A stretch of 64,000 nt of DNA from Planctomycetota bacterium (GCA_031409275.1 JANNXA010000051.1:192001-256000); one strand, 5' to 3'. Numbered from the stretch's first letter, positions 42,375-51,570 are shown. Notes: generated from the letters alone by a model not told the origin. Numbers and translations are program-made.

Positions 42375-42375
42375 G

Positions 42376-44679
42376 TCAGCGCCCCTCCCCGTTCGCCCGT
42401 TCCGGTGCCACCGACTCGCCACGAGCCTCGCGCGCGGCGAGCGTGTCGGAGTAGCTGCGTTGCAGCTCCTCGAGCAGCTCGGCGGCGGTCGCGGCGCGCA
42501 GCGGCGCCGGCGCCTGCTGCGCCTGGTAGGCGCGCGCCAACCGCAGCAGTCGCGCCGCCTCCTGCTCGCGCCGCTCGCGCTCCATCCCGGCCGCCACCGT
42601 CTTCATCCGTTCGACGCGACGGCCGAGTTCGCGCGCCGCCTCGAGTCCTTCGGTCTGCGCCAGCAGCGCGTCCGCGCGCGCCAGCACCCGGCGGTAGTGA
42701 TCGAGGCTGCCGAGGAACTCGGCACCGATCGCCTCCGACTCGACCGCGGCGAGATCCGCCTCGAGCTTGGGAACGATCTCCGACTCGAGCTTGCGCGCCA
42801 ACTCGCCGCTCTTGTCGTCATGCGGCAGCCGCTCGCGCAACTCGCGCAACTTGGCGAGCGCCGCTCCGGCATGACCGCCGCGCCACTCCTCCTGCGCCTT
42901 CGCATAAAGGTCGCTCGCCTCGCGGCGTTGCGCCTCGAACCCGGCGCGCAACTCGACCGTCGTCGTCGTCGTGACGGAGAGTTCGAGGCGAAGCGCGTCA
43001 CCCCGGAGGACGCCGACCACCTTGCATGGCGGATCGAGCGCCAGCTCGAAGCGCTCGGCTGCAGCGCCGAAGAAGATCTCCTTCACGGCGTCGATTTCGA
43101 AGGCGCCGAAGCGTCGCTCGGTGCCCGCTGCGCCGCGCAAGGTGACGCCTTGAGCGGCCGTTTCGGGCGAAACCTGCGCGGCGAAGCCGGCGGCGTTGAA
43201 CGGCGCCGAACCGGGGTCGAGCGTGAGCGTCGTCCCCGACGCGGTGGCGCGCGCGGCAAACCCTCCGGGCGGCAGTTCGACGCGCGCGGCCGGCTGATCG
43301 CCGGCGGCAACGAGACCGCCTCCGAACGGGACGAACAGCTCGGCGAGCACCGCGTGGTGATCGACGAACCAGGCCCCTGGGCCGCGCGGCCGAAGGGTCA
43401 ATTCACCGAACGCCGTGGAATCCGTCGACGCGTTGCCCGGGCCGATCGCGAGATCGTCGAGCGCGACGCGACCGCTGCCGCGCGCGACGACGACCACTTC
43501 GACCGCCTTCGCCCAAGCGGGCGGCAGGAGGGTGGCGTTGAACGCCGCGAAATCGCCGCCGGACTGTTGCGCGACGATCACGCTCCACTCCAATGCGCTC
43601 TCGGCGTCGTCACCGCTGCGGAACCGCAGCGCAACGCTGCCGAACGCGCCGTCGTCGACCGCCAGCTGACCGGTCACTTGGAGCGGAGTCGGCGTTGCGA
43701 GCACCAGCTTCTGGCGCCGCGAACTGACGGCGCAGCCGTCGGCCACGTCCGCGGTCAGCGCGAAGCTGCCCGAGTGCGCACGGCCTCGGCGCGCAGAGAA
43801 TCCGTCGCCGAGTTCCGCGCCCCAGAGCGAGTCGACGCTCCCGGAATCCTCGAACGACCAGTCATCGACCAGCAGGGTTCCGCGCGGCGCCGGCGGCACG
43901 ACCCGACCACTCGTGGGCGGCGCGTCGCCCGACGCGCCTTTCATGAAGTACCACGTCGCCGCGCCGCCGACCGCGAGCACGACCCCGGCGAGGCCCACGA
44001 GCGCCCCCGCTTTGCTCTTCTCCGGCGGCAGCGCCGCGCGTGCCGGCGCCGATGCCGACGCGGCGTCGCCCCCGGTCGAACCCGTCAACGGCACCGCGCC
44101 GCGCTTCAGATCGACGAAGGTGAACTCATTGGCGCCGAGCCGTACGCGATCGCCGTGCGAGAGCGCCACCTCGGTGGTCACTTTCTGATCGTCGAGGAAG
44201 CTGCCATTGGTGCTGCCGAGGTCGCGCAGGACGTAGCCGTCGCCCTCGCGCACCACCTCGAGATGGACGCCCGAAACCTTGACGTCGATGAAGGCCACGC
44301 TGTTCTCGGGACGGCGCCCCAGCGTGGTGCGAGCTCCCGACAACGGCACGTCGCGGCCGGAGTGCTCGCCGGCCGTGAAACGGATCACGCAGTCGGCATC
44401 GCGAGCATGGAACGTCAGCGTGACGCCGCCCACGCGGATGCGGTCGCCGTCCGCGAGGAACTGCTCGGTGACCTTCTCGCCGTTCAGCAGCGTGCCGTTG
44501 CTGCTGCCGAGATCGCGCACGAGGTAGCCGTCGCCGCGCCGCTCGAACTCGCAGTGGCGCCGCGAGATCCCCTTGTCGTCGAGGACGAGTTCGACCCCCT
44601 CGACCCGTCCCACGACGAGTCGATCGCCTAGAACGACGTCGCGAGAGCCGTCGGGTCCCGAAATCACCAGTCGAGCCAT
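42376..44679 (-). CDS. Tandem FHA-domain membrane protein with extracytoplasmic CBM-like and helical domains
   Basis: Two FHA domains (GR..SRRH..DLGSSNGT; GR..SGVH..DLGSTNGS), TM helix, WSFE...W...AHSG.F CBM4/9-like start, TPR-like C-terminus; ATG 44679. Confidence 0.9.
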   Translation of the reverse strand: MARLVISGPDGSRDVVLGDRLVVGRVEGVELVLDDKGISRRHCEFERRGDGYLVRDLGSSNGTLLNGEKVTEQFLADGDRIRVGGVTLTFHARDADCVIRFTAGEHSGRDVPLSGARTTLGRRPENSVAFIDVKVSGVHLEVVREGDGYVLRDLGSTNGSFLDDQKVTTEVALSHGDRVRLGANEFTFVDLKRGAVPLTGSTGGDAASASAPARAALPPEKSKAGALVGLAGVVLAVGGAATWYFMKGASGDAPPTSGRVVPPAPRGTLLVDDWSFEDSGSVDSLWGAELGDGFSARRGRAHSGSFALTADVADGCAVSSRRQKLVLATPTPLQVTGQLAVDDGAFGSVALRFRSGDDAESALEWSVIVAQQSGGDFAAFNATLLPPAWAKAVEVVVVARGSGRVALDDLAIGPGNASTDSTAFGELTLRPRGPGAWFVDHHAVLAELFVPFGGGLVAAGDQPAARVELPPGGFAARATASGTTLTLDPGSAPFNAAGFAAQVSPETAAQGVTLRGAAGTERRFGAFEIDAVKEIFFGAAAERFELALDPPCKVVGVLRGDALRLELSVTTTTTVELRAGFEAQRREASDLYAKAQEEWRGGHAGAALAKLRELRERLPHDDKSGELARKLESEIVPKLEADLAAVESEAIGAEFLGSLDHYRRVLARADALLAQTEGLEAARELGRRVERMKTVAAGMERERREQEAARLLRLARAYQAQQAPAPLRAATAAELLEELQRSYSDTLAAREARGESVAPERANGEGR

Positions 44680-44898
44680 CACGCGGACTCCGCTTGCCGA
44701 CTGCGCCGATCGGGTCGGCTGGCGACCCGACCGCCGTTGCGCTCCCTGAGCGCCCTCCCCCGGGAAGGACGCCCCTTCTATGCCGCGGCGCGCGTTTGCG
44801 TAACAACAATTCGTGCGGCATCGCACACGGAATCCGCACAATAGTGCTATTTCAGATCCGTCGCGATCGCAGCTCGCGAGCGCGCGAACGAGGCACGC

Positions 44899-46314
44899 TC
44901 AGACCAGCGCCATGACCACGTAATAGATCGGCAGGGCGAACAGCAGCAGGAGCGCGGAGTAGCCGAGGATCTCGCGCGCCTTGGCACCGGTGATCGAGAG
45001 CAGCGCCAGCGCCCAGAACGGCTGGATCATGTTCGTGGCCTCGTCGCCGTATGCGACAAGCATCACGGCGCGCGCGGGATCGAGGCCGAGATCGATGGCG
45101 CTCTGGCCGGCGATGCCACCCTGGATCGCCCATTGCCCGCCGCCCGACGGGACGAAGCAGTTGAGCAGCGCGGCCGACGTGAAGGTGACCCAGGAGTAGG
45201 CCGTCTGCAGCGGCAGCCCGAAGTCGGCGAGCGCGCGGACGAGCGTCGTGCCGCTCTCGGCGAAGGCGCGTCCGACTCCGCTCTCCGCCAGCAGACCCAG
45301 GATCCCGTAGTAGAAGGGGAACTGCAGCAGGATCCCCGACAGTTCGCCGCCCGCCTCGCCAAAGGCGCGCGCGTAGCGGTTCACGCTGCCGTGCAGCAAG
45401 ACGCCGAGCGCGAGGAAGGCGACGATCACGCTCGACAAGGAGATCGCGCCAGCGACTCCGCGCGTCGCGACCAGTCGCACCAGACTGCCGACGGCAAGCA
45501 GCACGACGCCGATCGCCAAAGCGCGCGAGTCATCGAGGCGCTCCGCGGGAGTCGCCGCCGCCGCCGCTGGAAGCGCAGACGAGTCGCCCGGCAGCGACCA
45601 CACCGGCAACGGCTCGCTCGCGGTCGACCGGCTCCGCGCCAGCCACGCGAACCAACAGGGCAGCGCCACCAGGAACACGGCGTTGAGCACGAGGTTCAGC
45701 GGCGAGAAGAGCGTGCGGGTGGTCGGGACCGTGCCGTAGATCGCCACGAAGTCGTGAGTCGATTGGGAGACGGAGAGCGGTGCCGAGCCCGACAGTCCGC
45801 CATGCCAGACCATCATGCTGGAGTACGCCGCCGCGCAGAGCAGCGGATAGTTCCAGCGCTCTCCGCGATCGCGAGAAACGCGGTAGACCTCGCGCGCGAA
45901 GACCGACGCGACCACGAGGCCGAAGCCCCAATTGAGCCACGCCGCCACCATCGCGACCAGCGTGGTCAAGGCAGCCGCGGTCGTCTCTCGTTGCGGCCAC
46001 GCCGCCATGCGCCGCAACCAGCGCGCAACCGGTGGCGCCGAAGCCAACGCGTGGCCCGTCGCCAGCACCAGGCACATCTGCAGCGCGAAGGCGAAACCGC
46101 CGCTCGCCACGAAGCCACCCGGCGACTTGTCGCGCCCGTACCAGAACAGCAGCAGATCGCCGCTGCGCGCGAAAAGTCCTTGGCCCGGCGGCCGCCCGAT
46201 GCAGAGCCCCAGCGCAAACGCCACCGCTGTCAGCAGCAACGCGAAGACGAACGGGCTCGGAATGAAACGCGCGACGAACCAGGCGAAACGAGCCGTCGCG
46301 CCCCCGCGGCTCAT
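44899..46314 (-). CDS. atoE: Short-chain fatty acid transporter (AtoE family)
   Basis: P.PFVFA.LLT, FALQM.L.L.TG.ALA, NWGFGL, YPLL.AAAY, WHGGLSGSAPL, QFPFY.GI, N.FVPSGGGQW, NMIQPFWAL.LL. Confidence 0.92.
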   Translation of the reverse strand: MSRGGATARFAWFVARFIPSPFVFALLLTAVAFALGLCIGRPPGQGLFARSGDLLLFWYGRDKSPGGFVASGGFAFALQMCLVLATGHALASAPPVARWLRRMAAWPQRETTAAALTTLVAMVAAWLNWGFGLVVASVFAREVYRVSRDRGERWNYPLLCAAAYSSMMVWHGGLSGSAPLSVSQSTHDFVAIYGTVPTTRTLFSPLNLVLNAVFLVALPCWFAWLARSRSTASEPLPVWSLPGDSSALPAAAAATPAERLDDSRALAIGVVLLAVGSLVRLVATRGVAGAISLSSVIVAFLALGVLLHGSVNRYARAFGEAGGELSGILLQFPFYYGILGLLAESGVGRAFAESGTTLVRALADFGLPLQTAYSWVTFTSAALLNCFVPSGGGQWAIQGGIAGQSAIDLGLDPARAVMLVAYGDEATNMIQPFWALALLSITGAKAREILGYSALLLLFALPIYYVVMALV

Positions 46315-46333
46315 CGACGCGCCTCGACGCCGT

Positions 46334-47263
46334 TCACTTCGGCATGCGCGCGAGCACGATGACGATGCCGATGACGACGAAGGCGCCGATCGCGGCAACG
46401 ATCAGGATCGTCTTGCGCTGGCGCTCGACGAGTTCCTCGAAGCGCTGGCGATGCTCGTCCTGCCCGCGGCGAAACTCGGTGATCAGGCTGCTCTGAGCCC
46501 GCTGCGCGCCATCGACGAGTCCGCGCACCGACTGCCCGACCGACTCGACCGACGTCTTCACCGAGGCGGCCGCTTCGGTCTGCTTCTCGATGCGCGCGCC
46601 GATGCCGTCGACGAGAGTCGGCAGTTGGCCGAGCTTCTCGGTGGCCGCATGCGCCGCCTCGCTCTGCTTCTCCATCGACCCGCGCAGATCGCGCAACATG
46701 TCGAGGTTGACCCGTTCCGCCTCGACGAGCCCTTCGAGCACGCGCGGCAGCGCCTGCAGGCGATCCGCCACGAGTTCGGTCGAGCGCTGCTGCTGCGTCA
46801 ACTTCTCATCGATCGAGGTGAGCAGCGTCGACAGGTTCTTCAGCCCCTCGCTGACCTTGAGCGACAGCTCTTCCTGCGGCGCCATCTTGGTGGTCCGCAC
46901 GAGGTCGTCGTCGCGCTCGCGCGACGGCCGCGGCGCGGGCACGGATACTGACGGCGCGTTCGATGACACCTCGACGTTGGACGGCGGCGAGGCCGAGGCG
47001 TCCGCGGCGATCGGTGCAACCGTTGCCGATGACGATGCCGATCCCGTCGGGGCTGCCGCCGCTTGCAGGCGACGCGGGATAATCTGCTCCGGCTCCGGCG
47101 CCCGCTCGATCGCGAGGGGGCGCGCGTTGCGGGTCATCGACGCCGGCACCTTCAACGATGCCGCCGTTTCTCCGCGGTAGCGTGAGGGCGAAGCGACGAC
47201 CGTCGGAGCGGCCTGCGCCGCCTTCTTCTTTCCAAACAGCTCGGCCAACCAGGAAAGGCGCAC
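46334..47263 (-). CDS. Tail-anchored coiled-coil membrane protein
   Basis: GTG start (MRLSWLAELFGKKK), Ala/Pro/Ser linker, ~150-aa coiled coil, single C-terminal TM helix. Confidence 0.75.
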   Translation of the reverse strand: MRLSWLAELFGKKKAAQAAPTVVASPSRYRGETAASLKVPASMTRNARPLAIERAPEPEQIIPRRLQAAAAPTGSASSSATVAPIAADASASPPSNVEVSSNAPSVSVPAPRPSRERDDDLVRTTKMAPQEELSLKVSEGLKNLSTLLTSIDEKLTQQQRSTELVADRLQALPRVLEGLVEAERVNLDMLRDLRGSMEKQSEAAHAATEKLGQLPTLVDGIGARIEKQTEAAASVKTSVESVGQSVRGLVDGAQRAQSSLITEFRRGQDEHRQRFEELVERQRKTILIVAAIGAFVVIGIVIVLARMPK

Positions 47264-47264
47264 G

Positions 47265-49601
47265 ATGAAGTCCCCGAGGGTGGAAATGGGAGCGCGCGGG
47301 AATCTAGCTGCACCGCGCAAACGGCGCGAGTGGCGCCTCCTTTGCGCTTTCGTTTCGATCCGAACGGCTGCCGCACCCGCGGGCGCGCTGATCGTCGGGG
47401 CGGCCGCGGCCGTTGCGCAAGATCAAGAAGCAGTGCGCCCGGAGCTCCCGACGGCGGGAACGAAGGCGATGGCGGAGCGACTCGCGAAAGCCGCGATCAC
47501 CGCCGACGTCGACCCGACGATCTTCCGCAACACGCGACGTCTCGCGGTGCTCGACGAACAGCTCGCCACGGCCACGAAGGAGCAGCGACGCCCGCTCGAG
47601 AACGCGCGCGCGCGGCAATTGCTGAACGTCGGCCGCACCGAGGAAGCGGTGGCCGCGCTTGAAGAGCTGCGCACCAAGATGCGCAAGTCCGGCAATGCCA
47701 ATCCGAAGGTGCTCGAAGAGACGGAGAGCCTGCTTGCGATCTCGTGGCTGCGGCTTGGCGAACAGGAGAACTGCCTCGCTCGCCACGGTCCCGAGAGCTG
47801 CATCGCGCCGTTCTCCGAGGCCGCCCGCCATCAGCTGACGCGTGGCGCCGAGCACGCGTTCGTCGAGCTGTCGGCGATCCTCGACGCGAGACCGGACGAC
47901 ACCGGCGCTCGCTGGCTCCTCAACCTCGCCGCGATGGCGCTCGGAACGTGGCCCGACGGCGTTCCTGAAGCGCGGCGCATCGCGCCAGAAGCGTTCGCTT
48001 CGGACGCCCCATTCCAGCGCTTCGTCGATGTTGGCGGGAGCGCCGGACTCGCCGTCGATGGGCTGTCGGGAGGCGCGGTCGCCGACGACTTCGATCGCGA
48101 CGGCTTCATCGACGTGATGGCCTCGTCGTGGGGACTCTCGGATCCACTGCGCGTCTGGCGCAACAACGGTGACGGCACCTTCGAGGAACGCACCGCGACG
48201 TGCGGCCTCGACGGCATCCACGGCGGACTGAACCTCGTCTCGGGCGACTTTAACAACGACGGATTCGTCGATGTCTTCGTTCCGCGCGGCGCCTGGCTGC
48301 GCTCGAACGGGCAGCTCCCCAATTCGCTGCTGATCAACCGCGGCGACTTCACGTTCGACGACGTCTCCTTCGCCGCGGGCATCCGCACCGAAGCCCCGAC
48401 CCAGGCCGTCGCCGTGGCCGACTTCGACCTCGACGGCTGGCTCGACCTCTACATCGGCAACGAGTCGAGCGGCGAGGCGCGCTACCCGTGTGAACTCTGG
48501 CAGAACCAGCGCAACGGCACGTTCAAGAACGTGGCCGCTGCAGCGGGCGTCGACTTCGAAGTCTTCGTGAAGGGCGTCACGGCGACCGATGCCGACGGGG
48601 ACGGACGCCCCGACCTTTTCCTCTCGATCATGGGCTCGAGCAACCGGCTGCTGCGCAACGTCGCTCCGTCCAAAGCCGCCGCGGGCGGCGCACCGCCCCG
48701 ATTCGAGGACATCTCGAAGCGCGCCGGCATCGATGGTCCGAAGCTGAGTTTCCCGTGCTGGTCGTTCGACTTCGACAACGATGGCGACGACGACCTGCTC
48801 TGCGCTTCATACGTCGACTTGAACGAGCGCCAGGCGGACGACGTTGGCCGCATGCTGCTGGGATTGCCACTCCACGCGGAGGGCAGCGCGCTCTACCGCA
48901 ATCGAGGCCACGGAACGTACGACGAGATCGGCCAGCAGGCAGGCCTTGGCGACATCGTCCTTTCGATGGGTTGCAATTTCGGTGACCTCGACAACGACGG
49001 TTGGCTCGACGCCGTCTTCGGCAACGGCGACCCTGACTACCGCACGCTGCTGCCCAATCGCGCGCTGAAGAACGACGGCGGCAAGCGCTTCCTCGACGTC
49101 ACCACCAACGGCGGCTTCGGTCATCTGCAGAAGGGGCACGGCGTCGCCTTCGCCGACTTCGACAACGACGGCGACCAGGACGTCTACGAGGTCCTTGGTG
49201 GCGCGTTCGAGGGCGATTTCTTCCGCCGCATCCTGCTCGAGAATCCCGGCAACGGAAACCACTGGCTCACCGTCGAACTCGTCGGGACCAGGAGCAACCG
49301 TTCCGGAATCGGAACGCGCATCGCGGTGAACGTGACGACCCCTGCCGGTCCGCGCACGATTCGAGTCACGGGCGGCAGCGGCGGCAGCTTCGGCGCCTCT
49401 TCGCTGCAGCAGGAGATCGGTCTCGGCGATGCGACTTCAATCGAGTCGATCGAGCTTTGGTGGCCCGCCTCCAACACTCGCCAGGAGTTCACCGGCGTCG
49501 CACTCGATCAGAAAGTGCGCATCGCGGAGGACGCGCCCGCGCCGATCGCCGTGCCGATGAAGTCCTTCCAGTTCACGCGCGCCGCACTCAGCACCAAGTA
49601 G
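47265..49601 (+). CDS. CRTAC1 / ASPIC-UnbV family protein with FG-GAP repeats and N-terminal TPR-like region
   Basis: Repeated DFD.DG..D motifs, GHLQKGHGVAFAD, NHWL..L.G..SNR.GIG.RI, GLG.A..I...WP; start uncertain. Confidence 0.92.
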   Translation: MKSPRVEMGARGNLAAPRKRREWRLLCAFVSIRTAAAPAGALIVGAAAAVAQDQEAVRPELPTAGTKAMAERLAKAAITADVDPTIFRNTRRLAVLDEQLATATKEQRRPLENARARQLLNVGRTEEAVAALEELRTKMRKSGNANPKVLEETESLLAISWLRLGEQENCLARHGPESCIAPFSEAARHQLTRGAEHAFVELSAILDARPDDTGARWLLNLAAMALGTWPDGVPEARRIAPEAFASDAPFQRFVDVGGSAGLAVDGLSGGAVADDFDRDGFIDVMASSWGLSDPLRVWRNNGDGTFEERTATCGLDGIHGGLNLVSGDFNNDGFVDVFVPRGAWLRSNGQLPNSLLINRGDFTFDDVSFAAGIRTEAPTQAVAVADFDLDGWLDLYIGNESSGEARYPCELWQNQRNGTFKNVAAAAGVDFEVFVKGVTATDADGDGRPDLFLSIMGSSNRLLRNVAPSKAAAGGAPPRFEDISKRAGIDGPKLSFPCWSFDFDNDGDDDLLCASYVDLNERQADDVGRMLLGLPLHAEGSALYRNRGHGTYDEIGQQAGLGDIVLSMGCNFGDLDNDGWLDAVFGNGDPDYRTLLPNRALKNDGGKRFLDVTTNGGFGHLQKGHGVAFADFDNDGDQDVYEVLGGAFEGDFFRRILLENPGNGNHWLTVELVGTRSNRSGIGTRIAVNVTTPAGPRTIRVTGGSGGSFGASSLQQEIGLGDATSIESIELWWPASNTRQEFTGVALDQKVRIAEDAPAPIAVPMKSFQFTRAALSTK

Positions 49602-49636
49602 TTCTCGCCGCCGCGCCGCCCACTGAGTTCCCGCGC

Positions 49637-49819
49637 CGCGTGCTGCGCTCCTGCGCAGCCACGCGCCCCACCACCTCACCCGCGTGCTGCGCTCCTGCGC
49701 AGCCACGCGCCCCACCACCTCACCCGCGTGCTGCGCTCCTGCGCAGCCACGCGCCCCACCACCTCGCGCGCGTGCTGCGCTCCTGCGCAGCCACGCGCCC
49801 CACCACCTCGCGCGCGTGC
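49637..49819. repeat. Tandem array of a 44-bp palindromic unit (4 copies plus a 7-bp partial)
   Basis: Unit CGCGTGCTGCGCTCCTGCGCAGCCACGCGCCCCACCACCTC(ACC/GCG) at 49637, 49681, 49725 and 49769. Confidence 0.95.
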
Positions 49820-49831
49820 GCTGCGGAGGTT

Positions 49832-49959
49832 GGGCTTCAGCTGCGAACGGCGCACCGCGCCCGTTCGTCAGCTGCAAGCCCCGCGAGGCGAGCTGCGCAC
49901 CGCGCAGTCTCGCCGGCGCGCCGTTCTGCTGCGGGCCACCGGCCCGTCAGCAGCAACGG
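49832..49959. other. Three ACC-loop hairpins with single-nucleotide bulges (REP-like / structured 3' region between convergent genes)
   Basis: Hairpins at 49832-49881, 49887-49914 and 49921-49959, each with loop ACC and unpaired pyrimidines only on the 3' arm (+ strand). Confidence 0.7.
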
Positions 49960-49960
49960 T

Positions 49961-51463
49961 TTAGTAGGCCTTCGCGAACACCACCCACTGCTCCGTCTCT
50001 TTCCCCGTCCCGATCGCCTTCGCCTTCTCTCCGCAGTCTTCCTTGCGGATGCAGCGAATCGTCGCTTTGCACTCCTCCTTCACCTTTGCCTCGACCGCCG
50101 CATCGCCATCCCACGGCGCCAGCACGAAGCCGCCCTTCTCTTCGATCGTCTGCACCAGCTCTTCGTAGGTGTGGACGCGACGAATGCTCGCGTCGCGGAA
50201 GGCCTTCGCCTTGGCGAAGAGCGCGGCCTGGATCTCTTCCAGCAGCATCGGCAACCGCGTCTCGAGGCCCGCCACATCGACGATCTGCTTCTCGCCGCCA
50301 TCGCGACGCGCCAGCACGCACTTGCCCGCCGCCACATCGCGCGGCCCGACCTCGAGGCGGAGCGGGACGCCGCGCAGCTCCCAGTCGTTGAACTTGTAGC
50401 CCGGCTTGAACTGCTCGCGGTCATCGACGTGCACGCGCACGCCGGCGCCCTTCAGCTTCGTGACCAGCGCGTCGACGTAGCTCGTCACCGCGAGCTTCTC
50501 TTCGTCCTTGCGCCAGATCGGGATGATCACGGCCTGGATCGGTGCGAGCCGCGGCGGCAGCACCAGCCCCTTGTCGTCGCTGTGGGTCATCACGAGGCCG
50601 CCGATCAGGCGCGTCGACACGCCCCACGACGTCGTCCACGCGTGCTGCTTCTGGCCATCGCGTCCGCTGAACTGGATCTCGAAGGCCTTCGCGAAGTTCT
50701 GGCCGAGGAAGTGCGACGTGCCCGCCTGCAGCGCCTTGCCGTCCTGCATCAGCGCCTCGATGCACCAGGTGTCGATGGCGCCGGCGAAGCGCTCGGCCGG
50801 GCTCTTCATGCCGACCAGCACCGGCATCGCGAGGAACTCCTCGGCGACCTTGCGATAGACCTCGATCATCTGGAGCGTTTCGGCGACCGCTTCGGCCTCC
50901 GTTTCGTGGGCCGTGTGCCCCTCCTGCCAGAAGAACTCGGTCGTGCGCAGGAACAAGCGCGTGCGCATCTCCCAGCGCACGACGTTCGCCCACTGGTTGA
51001 TGAGGATCGGCAGATCACGCCAGCTCTGCACCCACTTGGCGTACATCGAACCGATGATCGTCTCGGAGGTCGGCCGCACGATCAGCGGCTCCTCGAGCTT
51101 GCTCTCGGGATCGGGCTCGATGCCGTTGGGGCCCGCCTTCAAGCGGTAGTGCGTGACGACGGCGCACTCCTTGGCGAACCCCTCGACGTGGCTCGCCTCC
51201 TTCGCCAGGAACGAGAGCGGAATGAGGAGCGGGAACTGGGCGTTCTGGTGGCCGGTCGCTTTGAAGAAGCCGTCGAAGATGTCGCGGATCTTCTCCCAGA
51301 GCGCCCAGCCATAGGGGCGCACCACCATGCAGCCCTTGACGGGCGAGTAGTCCGCGAGCTCCGCCTTCAGCACGAGGTCCTGGTACCAAAGGGCGTAGTC
51401 GGTGGCGCGGGGAGTGACGCCGAGGTTCTTGTCCTTCGACGACGGTTGCTGCGAGTCGGCCAT
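49961..51463 (-). CDS. proS: Proline--tRNA ligase, archaeal/eukaryote-like type
   Basis: WY.D.V..A.LADYSPVKG, KEA.HVEGFAKE, RPTSET, QWANVVRWE, FLRT.EF.WQEGHT, QAGTSH.LGQNF, C-terminal FAKAY; no INS editing domain. Confidence 0.97.
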   Translation of the reverse strand: MADSQQPSSKDKNLGVTPRATDYALWYQDLVLKAELADYSPVKGCMVVRPYGWALWEKIRDIFDGFFKATGHQNAQFPLLIPLSFLAKEASHVEGFAKECAVVTHYRLKAGPNGIEPDPESKLEEPLIVRPTSETIIGSMYAKWVQSWRDLPILINQWANVVRWEMRTRLFLRTTEFFWQEGHTAHETEAEAVAETLQMIEVYRKVAEEFLAMPVLVGMKSPAERFAGAIDTWCIEALMQDGKALQAGTSHFLGQNFAKAFEIQFSGRDGQKQHAWTTSWGVSTRLIGGLVMTHSDDKGLVLPPRLAPIQAVIIPIWRKDEEKLAVTSYVDALVTKLKGAGVRVHVDDREQFKPGYKFNDWELRGVPLRLEVGPRDVAAGKCVLARRDGGEKQIVDVAGLETRLPMLLEEIQAALFAKAKAFRDASIRRVHTYEELVQTIEEKGGFVLAPWDGDAAVEAKVKEECKATIRCIRKEDCGEKAKAIGTGKETEQWVVFAKAY

Positions 51464-51570
51464 GTCGATCCATCCGAGGGCGCGGCGCCGCGGCGATTCC
51501 GCGGCGGCTTGGGAAAACGGCGGAGGATAGCCGCGCCCGGCGAGCCGCCACCGCGCTGGCCACTGCCCGC

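Noticed and set aside
42376..44679. T6SS or T7SS locus suggested by the FHA domains
   Set aside because: No Tss, VgrG, Hcp, FtsK/EccC or WXG100 genes; the neighbours are type IV filament genes.
44800..44822. Sigma54 promoter upstream of the FHA gene (GCACGAATTGTTG)
   Set aside because: Lacks the invariant GG at -24 and GC at -12.
49637..49819. CRISPR array
   Set aside because: The sequence between palindromes is ~15 nt and essentially identical rather than unique spacers; no cas genes or leader.
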